From the NCBI RefSeq assembly GCF_009914755.1, contig NC_060947.1: a stretch of DNA of 64,000 nucleotides; one strand, given 5' to 3'. The notes below the pieces were generated by a model. It made no database searches. It was not told the DNA's origin and saw nothing but the letters and a program-made list of their open reading frames with translations. Positions 14,876 through 29,305 of this stretch are shown here, in pieces; position 1 is the stretch's first letter, and each line of letters starts with the position of its first letter. Source of the DNA: the human T2T-CHM13v2.0 reference genome, Homo sapiens. A program made the position numbers and the translations under genes.

Positions 14876-16139
14876 CACTGTATTTTTACATTTGTTGCAA
14901 GAATAAGATCTCTTTTATGAGCACTTTTATAATAGCTGTATTTGTCAGATAATTCAAACATTTGTGTCATTTCTGTTTTCATGTTTGTTTGTTTCCCACT
15001 ACACTTGGAATTTTCGAGGTTTTTAATATGTCTAGTAACTTTGGATTTATCTTGTCATTTTGAAAATTATGAAACTCTGGGTCTCTCCTAAACTCTATGG
15101 AGAATGTTGATGTTTTGCTATAGTAGGTAGTCAACCTGATTAACTTCTGGCCCCAGGCACCAATTTGCCTTCTGTTGCTCATGGTTCCTATTGCAGTTAA
15201 GCTTTCATAGACTTTGCAGTACTATTCAAATCTGTCTTGTGGAGTGCACCACTCCCAGTAGCCAGTCTGAGTCTTAGGGAGTGGTCTATCAGTTACTTCA
15301 GTTCTCAAAATATTTGGTAGGCTAATTAAGATCAGATTCATGCATGCACAGCTCACATGTTAGCCCTGGAACTCATATGAAAAAAAACTTCATAGGGTGT
15401 TTTCCCAAGCTACTGCCTCTCTGCAACCTTTCTGGTGCTTTTTGCTTCCTTGAGTCTCCTTTATTTGGCCCTTCAGCCAGAAATGTAGTTCTCTTATAAC
15501 CTTGGTTTATCATTCTCTGTCATTCACTTTTGTGATTGGGCTCATTTCCTGGCCCAAGAAAGGAAGGGCAGAGAGAGGAAAAGGTTAACATATGTTTACC
15601 CCCACCCTCTTAGGACCACAGCTCCATCAAATGGACAGGATTGGCTCCCTTCCCTCCGAGGTTTGGTTCTTGAGGTTTTGTCATTTATACTACAAGATTT
15701 CCTGGGGTCTGAGGCATGAGAGAACAAAAAAGAAAGAGGGGGAAAAATGGGAGTTCTGCACTCTCTCTGAGCATTAGGAGCTACCATTTTTGGCCCTCGA
15801 GACAGTACTAGAGGGCTTCTCCTGGAGCTGTCTGTCTATACTGGTGCCCACTTCTGCATTTTGGTCTGTGCTGAGTTCAGGATAGGCAATATTAAAGGGA
15901 AAAGGGGTAAAATAAAAAGTAAACTCACTGCTGATACACTGGTAATTCTACTACTGGTGTTCTTTCCTTCTCTGTCTTGCTACTGTTTACCTTTCAGACG
16001 CCTCAAATAGCTGCCCATGTATTCTGTCCTGGTTTGATAGTTGTGTTCGGGGGGCAGACAGGGTGAAGCAAGCTCACTCTATCTTACTCAGGACCAGAAC
16101 TCCTGCAGTAGATTCTTTACTGCCCACGTTGCTTCTTCT

Positions 16140-17112
<973 letters not shown>

Positions 17113-18266
17113 TATTTCCAATCTTATTTTCATGTGTGTATTTTAAAACCATAAAACATTTTTGTAAAAGCTATGTTTAATAGGGTTTTATATTCTGTTT
17201 CATTAAATATACTTCAACAACATCACCTCAAGAGTTGCTTCATTGCACTGGGTGCTTTTGTGTGAAGTAGTCTAACAGTTTGCATCTCTGGTATCTGATT
17301 TGCTTTGGGCTGAAATTGTAATTTTGTCTTTGTTCACCTTGTCATTTTCTCATCCTTTTATTTCTTTTAAGATTTTAGACATTGGATTTTCATAAAGCAC
17401 TTCTTCACTGCAACTATTTTATTTATTGTATTACTTGACTATTTCCCCCTTAAGAATAGAAGTTCCAGAGTAGCTGTTTTGTCCACTGCTGTATCCTCAA
17501 TTTCCAGAACAGGCACTCTATAAATGTTTGTTGAGTGAACACATCATATTTAATTTATTTAATTGCCTCATTTGTAAAATGGAGATGGTGATACTTATGT
17601 CAATGAATGCTGGGAAGAGCAGTAGAGCTATATCATGGTGTGGATACTAAAGGGCAAATTAGATGCCTTGACTAGCTGCGAGTCTGAGTCCTGCACACCA
17701 GCTTCCACAATGATGCTAAATCAAATCTGTGTTTCAGAAAAATTGCAAACTACCACCTGAAGTAGAACACTGACATTGCACTTATATAGTTCAAACTGCA
17801 AATTGTTAAAAGTGCCAAATTTCAACTCCATGGAAAGGTAATGAATCCCCTAAAGGAATTTTTTAGATGGGAAATAGGAGTGAAATAGATCATGAAACAT
17901 CTCATTACAAAAGTTGAGGAATTGGAGAACTTGACTTGATTTGACAGGCAAAGGAACAATTTGAAATTTCTGAACAGGTAGGCAGTGTGATAAAAATGAG
18001 GTTTGCATGTGAGTCTATTTTTCACTGCAAAGAGAGACCCCCAACTGTTCAATGCTATTATTTTTGGTGGTGCTTTTGGTCTGGTAAATGAGAAGGGCTG
18101 TGTTATGGATTGGATATGTGTGTCCCACTCAAATTCATAAATCGAAGCTCTAACCCCTAGTGTGATTATATTTGGAGATTAGGTCTTTGAGAAGTGATTA
18201 GTTTTAGATTAGGTCATGAAGGTGAGGTCTTCATGATGAGATTAGTGTCCTTAAAGAAGAGAGAAT

Positions 18267-18583
18267 GGCTGGGCATAGTTGCATATGTGCATATGCATAT
18301 GCATATTATGTGCATAGCTCATGCACATAATCCTAGCACTTTAGGAGGCTGAGGGGGGAGGATCACTTGAGCCCAGGAGTTTTAGACCAGTCTGGCAACA
18401 TAGCCAGACCCTGTCTTTACAAAAAATAGAAAAAAATTAGCCAGGTATTGTGGTGCATGCCTGTGGTCCCAGCTACTTGGTAGGCTGAAGAAGAGGATCG
18501 CTTGAGCCCAGGAGTTTGAGGCTGCAGTGAGCCATGATTGTGCCATTGCACTCCAGCCTGGACAACAGAGCAAGACCCTGTCT

Positions 18584-18632
<49 letters not shown>
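18267..18632 (+). mobile_element. AluJ with (AT)n tail
   Basis: ttgagcccaggagtttgaggctgcagtgagccatgat (J-type). Confidence 0.93.
18587..18632. repeat. (AT)23 microsatellite
   Basis: Perfect run. Confidence 0.98.
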
Positions 18633-18638
<6 letters not shown>

Positions 18639-19757
18639 AAGCGGGAGAGCTCCCTTGTATGAGCACAGAGGACAGGCCATCTGCAAGTCAGGAATAGAGT
18701 CCTCACCGGGAACTCAATCATCCTGGCACCCTGATCTCAAACTTACAGACTCTAGAACTGTGAGAAAATAGATTTCTGTTGTTTAAGCCATCTAGTCTAT
18801 GGTATTTTGTTATGGCAGTGAGATCTGACTAAGACTGGTAGCTGGCTTCTTTGTAGGATCTTCAGTATTGGCAAAGGCTTCCCAGAAGCTGTGTTTGACT
18901 GGGGCAGTGGAAGGTAGTTATGAGGGACTTTTTTATAGCTGTATTTGGATATTGAGAATATTTTGTTATGTTTCTTGATCTGTAAAATGCCAACACTTTA
19001 AAGCTAGTATGTGTTCTAAAGCCCCTCCTTTTCATACACACTCTTTGAGGCTACGTCTGCTTGGGTGGCTCTTTGCTTTTCATTCAATAATTACCTTTCT
19101 CAGTATGCTGCAGAGAGCTTGGAAAGTACTGATGTCTCATTCAGTGATTCATCCTATTTATTGCCTAATTTAGAAGGACAGTGAAAGCACTCGTAATTAC
19201 TTTGTGATTTTCCACATTGACAGCTTAGCTAAGATATGGCAAGTCCCGAAGTAATTCAAAGTACTTTCGAGTTCTTTGCAGACTGACAGAGTACGTGCCT
19301 AGAAAGAACATTACAGAGACGAACCTTAACACTAGAATCTCCTGTAGTATCTGCTATCACTCCTCTCCCAAGCCACGGGCTATAAGGAAATTTCCTTTAT
19401 ATTCTGCCTCCCCCAAGATGGTTTGTCAGTACAATGACCACCTTAAGTCTAAGGTCTAGGCTTTATATAACCGTATGCTTCAAGGGCACCCTTAAAAGAC
19501 CTCCCGCCTCCAAATCTCCTCCCACTGCCTAAACATTTAAACTTTTATAAATGAATTTATGTATGACATTACCAAGAACATATGCTAAAATTATTTATGA
19601 TAAAGATCAAAGTAACTGTCAAATTCTTGAGGTCATCCTTTTTTTGTCTATTTTTTGAATCCACCTTATCATGATTCTTTCCATATCTTAAACAAGCCAC
19701 AGTTTAATTAAAAGATGCCTTCTGCATCTACATGACTCCTCTTTTAAAATGCAAATT

Positions 19758-20057
19758 CTTTTTTTTTTTTATTTTGAGGCAGGGTCTTACTCCTATCACC
19801 CAGGCTGAAGTGCAGTGGTGCCATCACAGCTCACTACAGCCTTGACTTCCTGGGCTCAGGTGATTCTCCCACTTCAGCCTCTTGAGTAGCTGGGACTACA
19901 GGCCGGCACCACCACGCCTGGCTAATTTTTGTATTTGTAGTAGAGATGAGGTTTCACCATGTTGCCCAGGCTGGTCTCAAACTCGTGGGCTCAAGCAATC
20001 CTCCTGCCTCAGCCTTCCAAAGTGCTAGGATTACAGGCCTAAGCCACCATGCCTGGC
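19758..20057 (-). mobile_element. AluJ
   Basis: Antisense dimer flanked by caaattc. Confidence 0.94.
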
Positions 20058-20096
20058 ACAAATTCCTTTTTTTAAAAAAAAACAAAAAAACGGAGA

Positions 20097-20766
20097 TGTG
20101 ATCTTGTTTCCAAGCCAAACTGAGGGTCAGGCTGCTATTTCTCGTGGCCCAATAACGAGATGCAGACGAACTGGGGAGGAAGAGAGTTTTTATTTCTGCA
20201 ACCAGTTACAGGGAGAAGGCCTGGAAATTATTGCCAGATCAACTCAAAAGTACAACGTTTTCCAGAGCTTACATACCTTCTAAGCTGTAGGTCTACCTGT
20301 AAGTGTGCATTCGTCTAAAGACATAAGTGATTAACTTCTTTTAATCTATAACTAAGGTCTGAGTCCTGAAGACCTTCTTCTGGAGGCTCAATAAGTTTAC
20401 TTAATCTAAATGGGTCTAGATGCTAGGGTGATTACCCTTATCTTGTCTCCTGCTAAATCATAAAGGTTTGGGGAGTTCCTTTAGACCCCAATAAACTTGT
20501 TTGTGGAGGCCTGGGGAGTTTCTTCAGACTCACAATAAAACACTTGTTTAATCCTAAAAGGGTCCTGTTAAGAATTCCTTCATTAGTTTGTCATGCTTCA
20601 AGGCCCAGGAAAAGCCTAGGGAAAACTCTTGGTGGGCTATTTGTTACATTCCAGCCTTTGTATAAGAGCACTGGCTCAATCAGCTTTTAATGTTTAACTT
20701 AGCTACTCACTCAGTGCTGGGACAGTTGTAATGGAGGCCTACATTAGTGAGACCTGGCCTGCCACA
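20097..20766 (-). mobile_element. ERV solo LTR (~670 bp, family unassigned)
   Basis: TG...CA termini; minus-strand AATAAA near 20190 and TATA-like site; interrupts an Alu monomer. Confidence 0.8.
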
Positions 20767-20873
20767 GTCTCGCTATGTTGCCCAGTCTGGTCTTAACTCC
20801 TGGGCTCAAGCCATCTTCTTGCCTCAGCCTCTCAAAGTACTAGGATTATAGGTGTGAGCTACTGTGCCTGGCC
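20767..20873 (-). mobile_element. Alu left monomer/FLAM (tail part at ~20067-20096)
   Basis: gtctcgctatgttgcccag...gagctactgtgcctggcc. Confidence 0.85.
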
Positions 20874-20900
20874 CACAAATTCTTTGTAAGAAAGGAGTTA

Positions 20901-21180
20901 GGCTGGGTGCAGTGGCTCACACCTGTAATCCCAGCACTTTGGGAGGCTGAGGCAGATGGATCACGAGGTCAGGAGTTCAAGACCAGCCTGGCCAAGATGG
21001 TGAAACCCCATCTCTACTAAAAATACAAAAAATTAGCTGGGCATGGTGGCAGGTGCCTATAATCCCAGCTACTTGGGAGGCTGAGGCAGAGAATTGCTTG
21101 AACCCAGGAGGCAGAGGTTGCAGTGAGCTGAGATCGCATCACTGCACTCCAATCTAGGTGACAGAGCAAGACTCTGTCTC

Positions 21181-21211
<31 letters not shown>

Positions 21212-21222
21212 AAGAAAAAAAA
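20901..21222 (+). mobile_element. AluS (Sg-like)
   Basis: Full dimer; TSD aagaaaggagtta. Confidence 0.97.
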
Positions 21223-21269
21223 GAAAGGAGTTAAGCCATTTGAATCCATGAGCATCTTAGGATGAGTTC

Positions 21270-21430
21270 ATGTGGTTTGGTGGTCAGAGCACGGCCGTGA
21301 AGTCATATATCTGGGTTCAAATCCCTTCTCTTCCATTTATTAGAACTGTGACCTTGGTCAAATCCCTTTTATTATTTGGGCCTCAGTTTCCTAAGGATAA
21401 TGTTTCTTAATTCATAGAGTTTTGGTGAGG
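21270..21430 (+). mobile_element. MIR
   Basis: ctgggttcaaatcc...tgtgaccttgg...gcctcagtttcct core. Confidence 0.8.
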
Positions 21431-21794
21431 GGAGGTCCAGTTTATGTGGAGTGAGGGGAGGTCCAGTTATGTGTAGACATCGGGTGGCCGGCTTTGGAGA
21501 TTCCAAGCTTTATCAGAGGTTGGTAATAGGGTGGAAAGAGCAGTAGGAAGTGGGCATAGGCTAGACGACTTATTTGTGCTGTTTTAATGTGGCCATCACA
21601 CCTTTTTTACCCATCTGATATATTTATTGAGGGTAGCTAATGCTGATATGGAGGAATAGAGCTAAAGCCCTTGAAGCTACCTGTAGGTGCTGCCACTGGA
21701 GCTCATGAATAGGCCAATGTCTAAAGAGGTCCTTGAACACAAACTTGCTGAACTTATACTTCTATAGAGGGCTATATCTAGGATGCTGCTAATG

Positions 21795-21955
21795 ATAACA
21801 ACAACAACAAAAAAAAATCTGACATCTATGTAGTGTTTATTACATGCGAGGTTCTGTTCTAAGCACTTTATATATATAAATTCCATTTCATCATTATGAA
21901 ACCCCTAAGAGGCAGATATGACTATTATCTACATTTTACAAATGAGGAAACTGTT
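21795..21955 (-). mobile_element. MIR
   Basis: gttctaagcacttta...cattttacaaatgaggaaactg. Confidence 0.8.
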
Positions 21956-22270
21956 GGATGACAGAGATGTGATGAAGACAGGGAATCTCATATTTTTTAG
22001 GTCTTTTAGAAGCAGGACTTTGATCTGTCTCTTTGCTCCTAATCTTAGCAGTTGCCTTTCTAGTAACAGTATACAGTCCAGTATAACAGCCACTGCATTT
22101 TAAATCTGGCTGAGTCACTAAGTCTCAAGGTTCCAGCCATGGCAGCCTGGATATATAGAAAAGCCCAAATAAATAGGGATAGGGCCAGCAGTTTAGTGAG
22201 GGGACAGCAGAATTTGTCTATGGAGCTCAAATCCATGCTGTCCCAGATCATTCCACTCCCTCAAACACCC

Positions 22271-23368
22271 TGTGATTGTTAATTTTATGTGTCAATTTGG
22301 CTATACAGTAGTCATCACTTATACTCAGGGGATATGTTCAAGACCCCCAGTAGATGCCTGAAACAGCGGTTAGTACTTCAACTCATTTGCCATCAATTGG
22401 AACATGTTTCTGTTCATGTCCTTCACCCACAAATGTAATGTCTTTTCTACCTTAACTAAGCACTTGTGAAACATTATGGCCATCATGTTTGCAGTTTGAG
22501 GTGGGACAGGACAACAGAACTAAATGAATTTCTTTCTCCTTTTTCACAATTTCACAGATAGAAGATTTGCTGTTACTCTAGATCTTAGCAACCTCAGCAT
22601 ACAGTTTTTCTTTTGTTCGTTAAGTGAAAAACTTTCACATTTTCACTTAAAAAAGCATTTTATGGCTTTTCTTTGGCATGTCCAAATTGCTAGCATCACT
22701 ACTCTTTTACTTTGGGGCCATTACTAAGTAAAATAGGGGTGACTTGAGTATAAGCACTCTAATACCACAATAGTCATCTAATAACCAAGCCAGTTACTAA
22801 GTGACTAATGGGCAGTCAGTGTGAAAGGGATGATTCATGGCCTGGGCGGCATGGAGTGGGATGGCAAGAAATTTCATCACACTACTCAGAATGACCCACA
22901 ATTAAAAACTTATGAATTGTTTATTTCTGGAATTTTCCATTTAATATTTTCAGAACATGGAAACCACAGAAAGTGAAATTGTAGATAAGCAGGGGGACTA
23001 CTGTACTTTGGTGCCCAGCTGTTTGTCAGATACTAGTCTAGACCTTGCTATGGAGGGTTTTTGCAGATGTGATTAATATTTGCTGTCAGTTGACTTTAGG
23101 TAAAGGAAATTACCCTTGATAATGTACATGAGCCTGATTCTATCAGTTGAACACCTTAAGAGTAAAAACTGAGGTTTCTTCAGAAAGAAGGAATTGTGCT
23201 TTGAGGCTGTGACATAGAAATTCTGCCTGAGTTTCCAGCCTACTGGCCTGCCTTTTAGACTTTGAATTTGCCAGCCATCACAATCATGTGAGCTAATTCC
23301 TTAAAATAAATCTATTTATGTACATATTTCTTATTAGTTCTGTTTCTTTGGAAAGCTCTAATTGATAC
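22271..23368 (+). mobile_element. MLT2 (ERVL) solo LTR interrupted by MER44
   Basis: tgtgattgttaattttatgtgtcaa start; ttagttctgtttctttggaaagctctaattgataca end. Confidence 0.88.
22306..23003 (-). mobile_element. MER44 (Tigger7-derived) DNA transposon
   Basis: TIRs cagtagtc...gactactg with TA target duplication; MER44 internal motif atgaattgtttatttctggaattttcc. Confidence 0.88.
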
Positions 23369-23707
23369 ATACCACATGGCCTTCTCTCTTTGGCAGTGAC
23401 TATTTACTGCAGTTTGAAAATGAGCATGGCCCTCCCCCTGCTACCTGCTTAATATGTGTGATGTGGAGCAAGCTATTGAGCCACTTGGGACCTTAGTTCC
23501 TCTTCTGTCAAATGAATATATTTGATCCCTACCTTACTGGCTGATATTCAGAAAACATGATAACTGGTACGGCATGGGCTCCAATCAATCAGAATGTATT
23601 CTGGTAAAAAAGACAACTGGTCAGCCATACTAATTAAAAATCAGCCCTAGCTCATCATGAGGATGCATTGTGTGTGGGTACATCTTACAAACTCACAAAC
23701 TCATATT

Positions 23708-23968
23708 CTTTTTTTTTTTTTTTTTTTTTCAGACAGAGTCTCGCTCTGTTGCACAGGTTGGAGTGGCGTGATCTCGGCTCACTGCAACATCTGCCTCCCA
23801 GGTTCAAGCAATTCTCCTGCCTTAGCTTCTGGAGTAGCTGGGATTACAGGTGCGTGCCACCACGCCCAGCTAATTTTTGTATTTTGAGTAGAGACGGGGT
23901 TTCACCGTGTTGCCCAGGCTAGTCTTGCACTCCTGACCTCAGGTGATCCACCTGCCTCGGCCTCCCAA
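23708..23968 (-). mobile_element. AluS, 5' truncated
   Basis: Ends at gcctcccaa; TSD acaaactcatattctt. Confidence 0.96.
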
Positions 23969-24394
23969 CAAACTCATATTCTTATTCCAAATTTATAGTT
24001 CTTGGTAGATTGCAGGAATGTGTGTTTTTAACAAGTTCTCCAGAGATTCTCCTTATTGAAAAAGCCTGGAAGATACTGAAATGATGTCCAGGGTCTAATA
24101 TACATGGTAGGTTCTCAATACATTTTAGAAATCACTTCTTCCCATCAAAACCCCTTGGGACAAGGTGTGACTTAATTAGTTATTTCATCACTGGAACAAG
24201 AACAAACCTCTAACTGATGACACACTCAGATTAAGAGAAAGTACATGAGGGTTATAAATCATACTGCAATGTATAAACATTTTATTAATGTGAACTCTAG
24301 TTTGTGAAAATGGGGAATTTTCCCACAATGAAGAGAAGAAATAAAAAGAGAGTGATATAATGTGGGCCAGGTGGCCTCTGATGCTTCAATCTAG

Positions 24395-24890
24395 AAGTTC
24401 AGGAACCTGGGTTCACTCTGACTCTCCCAGAAACTAGTTACGTGACTATACACGAGACACAAAACCTCTCTGAACCCCCATTTGTTCATTTATAAAATGG
24501 AGATTTTGAAAATAAGAGTTGCCCAATTTCTATCATAGGATATTTTGATAATCAAATGGGACTAGATACCAAAAAGAGCATTTAGCAAATCACCTAGTCC
24601 AACTTCCTCATTGTATAGAAAGAGAACTGAGGCCCCCAAGAGAAAAGGGAAATGCTCATAGTCTTTAAGCTATTCAGGGTCACTCCTATGAGTGGCATTA
24701 TGATCTCTTAATGCTACCACAGAAAAAGCACAACTTTGAAGTAAGTCAAACCTAGGTTTGAATCCCTGTTCTTGCACTCGCCCTGTGACCTTAGACAAGG
24801 TACCTCAACTCTCTGTTCCTTAGTTTCTTCAATTTTAAAATAGGTACAAAAATAATTCCTACTTCATAGGGTTGCATTGAACAACAAAGG
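24395..24890. mobile_element. Cluster of three MIR fragments
   Basis: Core motifs at ~24400-24560 (+), ~24580-24660 (-) and ~24740-24890 (+). Confidence 0.7.
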
Positions 24891-25639
24891 ATGGAAGGCT
24901 GTGGCAAATAGTAATGGCCCAGTAATGCCGATGCTTTTCATTCCTCATCCAGTGCTCCTTCTCTAATTCTACTGACATCTCATGCCAGTTTCCAGATCAC
25001 ATGGAGTCCCTGTGTTTCCTTGTGATAGAAAACATGGCAAGTGTAAGAGTGGGGTCACAGTATGGAGTGGGGGTAAGACCCTTTTTTGGTAGATACATCA
25101 CCATTTTCCTCCAAAGAATGGACCTGTGCTCAGGTATCCAAATTATGTGCTAAGGTCCACTTCTTCATGAAAATTCTTCTGGAGTTTAGATGACTTGTCA
25201 ACCCAAAAAATATTGGAACTGCAATATGTATGGTTCCTGTGATTGGTGCTGAGCCTATTCCCATGAAAAAGAGGGTCTGTTTTTCAAAGATGGCTTTTAA
25301 ATGACATATGATACATCTGCTATCAGCCTGGCCTTAGTTCAAACTCTCATGTTCAATAGAGAAAGAGTCGTTTTCTCTTTCAACCAACCAATTTAATCTT
25401 TTCAAGATGTGGGCATTGCGTACAAAAAACTAGGGTGCTGAATGTGGACCACAGAGCTGTAGGTGAAAGACCCAAATACTCTCTCCAGAATCATGTGTTC
25501 TTGACTCTAGTTGAACGTCCAATTGGACAGTACAGAGTTAGAAAAAATTCTCCTACAATTTCTTGCTGAAAACCCAAGATTTATGCTCTTTGACTAAGAC
25601 AGTTCTCTGCTAGGAATTGAGCCTGAGAAAATGATTTAA

Positions 25640-25850
25640 TGTTCATTTATTTGACAAATATTCATTGAGCATCTATTATATGCTAGTTACTATTCTAGGA
25701 TCTGGGATACATCAGTGAACAAATGAGACAAGGGGCCTTGCTCTTCTTGATTAAGTTCAAAATAGGACCAATTGATAATAATAAAAATAACTAAGTAAAT
25801 GAGGTCATATGCACAGATGATGATAAGAGCTTTGCAGAAAAGAAAAAAAT
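25640..25850. mobile_element. L2 3' fragment
   Basis: ttcatttatttgacaaatattcattgagcatctattatatgctag. Confidence 0.75.
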
Positions 25851-26444
25851 AGATCAGAGTCCTTGCATGTAGGCATTTCCATATTGTGGCTGTTGTGTAA
25901 TTGCACTAATTGTCTTGCATTCAGGGAATGAGAAGATTGAGTGCATTATGGTACATTAACTAGAAAGAATGTTATACATCCATTAAAACAATAAATGCAA
26001 AACTATACAGCAACATAGATCAGTGTTTATAAAATAATGGTAAAAGGGGAACCAAACTGCATATACACTATAATTACAGCTATGTAACAAAGTATATGCA
26101 CATATGAATAAAGATTGAAAGGAGATCTAGAGAAATAAAAGCAATTGTGTTCAGGATGGGGGATTATGGGTACACCTACTTACTTGTAAAATATCCTTTG
26201 ATGCTGTGCTAATTATACATTATTTAAGATGAAAGCCAAAAAGCCCCAAAAGGATAAAAAGAATAAAAGATAGGGAGCATAATGGTTGCCTGAATGCTGA
26301 GTTAAAGAGCTGTGTGGGGAAAATTACTTTCTGTGCCACTTACTTGAAAACTAGCTTTCTTTTGAATTCTTGGAAATGAGCTTTGGTCACCCATAATGAT
26401 CAGCCTCAGAATTTTTCTCCTAAGTGCCAGAGCTGAAGCTTAAG

Positions 26445-26561
26445 GCTGTATATATTGTACACTGCACAACTTCAGGGGGCACCATTTACATCGTAGTCCA
26501 TAAAATGGTGTTTCCTGTAGTTGCAGAGTATACAATTTGCAAAATCATACATTACAGCCCT
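26445..26561. mobile_element. Palindromic hAT MITE (MER91-like)
   Basis: Imperfect hairpin: ttgtacactgcacaacttcagggggcaccattt / aaatggtgtttcctgtagttgcagagtatacaa. Confidence 0.7.
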
Positions 26562-26644
26562 ATCAAGAGCTAGTAACTCAGTATTATCAGCCATGGCTAG
26601 TTTGGAACATACCTTATCCATCTAGCACATCCCTGATTATAAAG

Positions 26645-28612
26645 GCTGTATTGAGATATAATTTATATGCCAGACAATTTCCCCATTTAAAAGGTACAAT
26701 TAGGTGGTTTTAGTATACGCACAGAGTGTGTAACCATCAGGACAATCAATTTTAGACCCCGTTCATAACCCCGTGAAGAAATCATGTATTCTTTATCCAT
26801 AACCCCTAAATCCCCATTCCCATCAGCTCTAGGCCATTACTAATATACTTTCTGTCTCTATAGATTTGCCTATTCTGCACATTTAATATAAATGGAATCA
26901 TACAATATGCAGTCTTTCGTGATTGGCTTCTTTCCCTTAGCATGTTTTCAAGGTCCATCCATGTTGTAGCATGTATCAGTCCTTCAATCCTTTTTATGGC
27001 TGAATAATATTCAATCACATGGTTTTATAAACAAAATCACATTTTGTTTATTAATCAGTTGATGGATATTTGGGTTATTTCTATATTTTGGCTTTTGTGA
27101 ATACTGCGGCTGTAAACATCCTAATACAAGTTTTTGTGTGGACATGTGCTTTCATTTCTCTTGGGTGTATACCTAGGAGTGGAATTGCTAGGTCAAATAG
27201 CAACTCTAGGTATAACTTTTTGAGGAACTGCGAGACTATTTTCCAGAGTGTCTGCACCATTTTACATTCCCACCAGCAGTTTATAAGGGTTAAATTTCTC
27301 TATGTCCTCATGGACACTGGTAGTATCCTATTGTGGTTTAGATTTGCATTTTTCTGGTGACTAATGTTAAACATCTTTTCATGAACCTATAGACCATTTG
27401 TATATCTTCTTTCAGAAGTGTCTATTCAAATCATTTGACTATTTTTTCATTTGGGTGATTTGTCTTCTTATCATTGAGTTGCAAGCATTCTTTACATATT
27501 TTAGGTACATTTCAGATATAAGTCCCTTGTCCAATATATAGTTTATGTATATATCATCTCTCATTATTTGAATTTTCTTTTCACTTTCTTTTTTGAGATG
27601 GAGTTTCACTCTTGTTGCCCAGGCTGGAGTGCAATGGCACCATCTCGGCTCATCGCAACCTTTTGCCTCCTGGGTTCAAGCAATTCTCCTGCCTCAGCCT
27701 CCTGAGTAGCTGGGATTACAGGCATGTGCTACCATACCCAGCTAATTTTTGTATTTTTAGTACAAAAATGGGGTTTCTCCATGTTGGTCAGGCTGGTCTC
27801 AAACTCCTGACCTCAGGTGATCTGCCCGCCTTGGCCTCCCAAAGTGCTGGGATTACAGGCATGAGCCACCACGTCTGGCCTCTTTTCACTTTCTTAATAG
27901 TGTCCTTTGAAGCATTAAAAAATCTTAATTTTGATGAAGTCCAATGTATCTATTTTTTTCTTTTGTTGTCTAAGAAACCATTGCCCTATGATTTACCCCT
28001 ATGTTTTCTTCTAATATTTGTATAATGTAAACACTGGTATTTAGATCTTTATTCATTTTGAGTTAACTTTTGCATATGGTGTGAGATTGAGGCTCAAGTT
28101 TGTTTAAATGTGGATATTCAGTTGTTCTAGCACCATTTGTTGAAAAGACTATTATTTTCTCCTTGAATTGTCTCAGCACCCTTGTCAAAACTTGATTTAT
28201 TGTAAATATGAGAACTCATTTCAAGACTCTCAGTTATATTTTATTGATTTATATGTCTATCATTATGCCAATAAGCAGGGCATCATATGTCCTGCTTCCT
28301 GTAGCCTTTGAAGTCAGGAATTATGAGCCCTCCAAATTCGTTCTCCTTTATCATGATTGTTTTGACTATTCTGTGTTTCTTGAGTTTCCATATAAATTTA
28401 AGTATTATGTTGTTAATTTCTATAAAGGAGTCAACTGACATTTTGATAGAATTTCCATTGAATTCATAGATCACTTTGAAGAGTATTACCGTCTTAACAT
28501 TATTAAGTTTTTCTATCTTTGAGCACTGGATGTCTTCCCATTAATTTAGGTGTTCTTTAATTTCAACACTATAAAAGTTTTCAGCGTACATGTCTTGAAC
28601 TTTTGAATGAAT
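26645..28612 (-). mobile_element. L1MB-type 3' portion (antisense)
   Basis: 3' UTR and ORF2 C-terminal remnants (EYYSAIKR; ILKFIWK). Confidence 0.9.
27587..27880 (-). mobile_element. AluSp/Sq
   Basis: gagtttcactcttgttgcccagg...gcaatggc; TSD tcttttcactttctt. Confidence 0.96.
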
Positions 28613-29305
28613 TGTTGAAGTTTCAGAAGACAGAACCTGGGGAGAATATAGAATTTTATCAGGCCAACACCATCTATGATGAGATAATGAGTTTATTCTG
28701 TGAAGACACAACTCGTCTCCCAGATAAACCATGATCTTGTTAGCTACATCTTGGCCATGTGATCTTGGGAAGGTTATTAATTCCCTTTGAGCCCCAGTCT
28801 CATTTTCAAAATGAAGCTAACAGTACTTTGTAGGGCTGTTGAAAAATTTGGATATGAAAATGCATCTAAAATGGCCCAAAATAGAGCAATAAAAATATTG
28901 ATTTCCTTTTCTTCTTCCATTTCTATGTATTTCCCCAGAAGTTATTGTTGTATAATAATTATTCTGGTCAAGTTAAGATAAAAAACTTTCTATCTTAAAT
29001 TTTCTAAGCAACCAATACACATAAATGCAGTTTGTCTTACATGGATATATAATTTGTAAGCTTAGCCCTTAAAATTCCCTGAGATATAAGAGCAATGTAC
29101 AAAACTCAACTGAATTTCTATACATTTTCAATTAATACCTTTAAAACAAAATTAAGTAATTCCACTTATAATAGCATCAAAAAGAATAAAATATTTGAGA
29201 ATACATTTAACCAAGGACGTGCAAGCCTTATAAACTGAAAACTGCAACACTTTGTTTAAAAATTTAAAGAATATCTAAATAAATGTGAAAACATCCCATG
29301 CTCAT

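Larger units (their letters stand above)
12640..16100 (-). mobile_element. Old L1M ORF1/5' UTR fragments (antisense), interrupted
   Basis: Antisense ORF1-like ttctttctggctcctgtggtttctgatgacaagtcc; may continue the element at 1485-3671. Confidence 0.65.
18099..18832 (+). mobile_element. MLT1 solo LTR interrupted by AluJ
   Basis: tgttatggattggatatgtgtgtccc...agaactgtgagaaaatagatttctgttgtttaagcca. Confidence 0.88.

Noticed and set aside
26445-26561. miRNA-like hairpin
   Set aside because: It is explained by a palindromic hAT MITE
27612-28025. Alu-derived ORFs (also 33192, 43795, 23668, 50408)
   Set aside because: These are typical translations of Alu sequence
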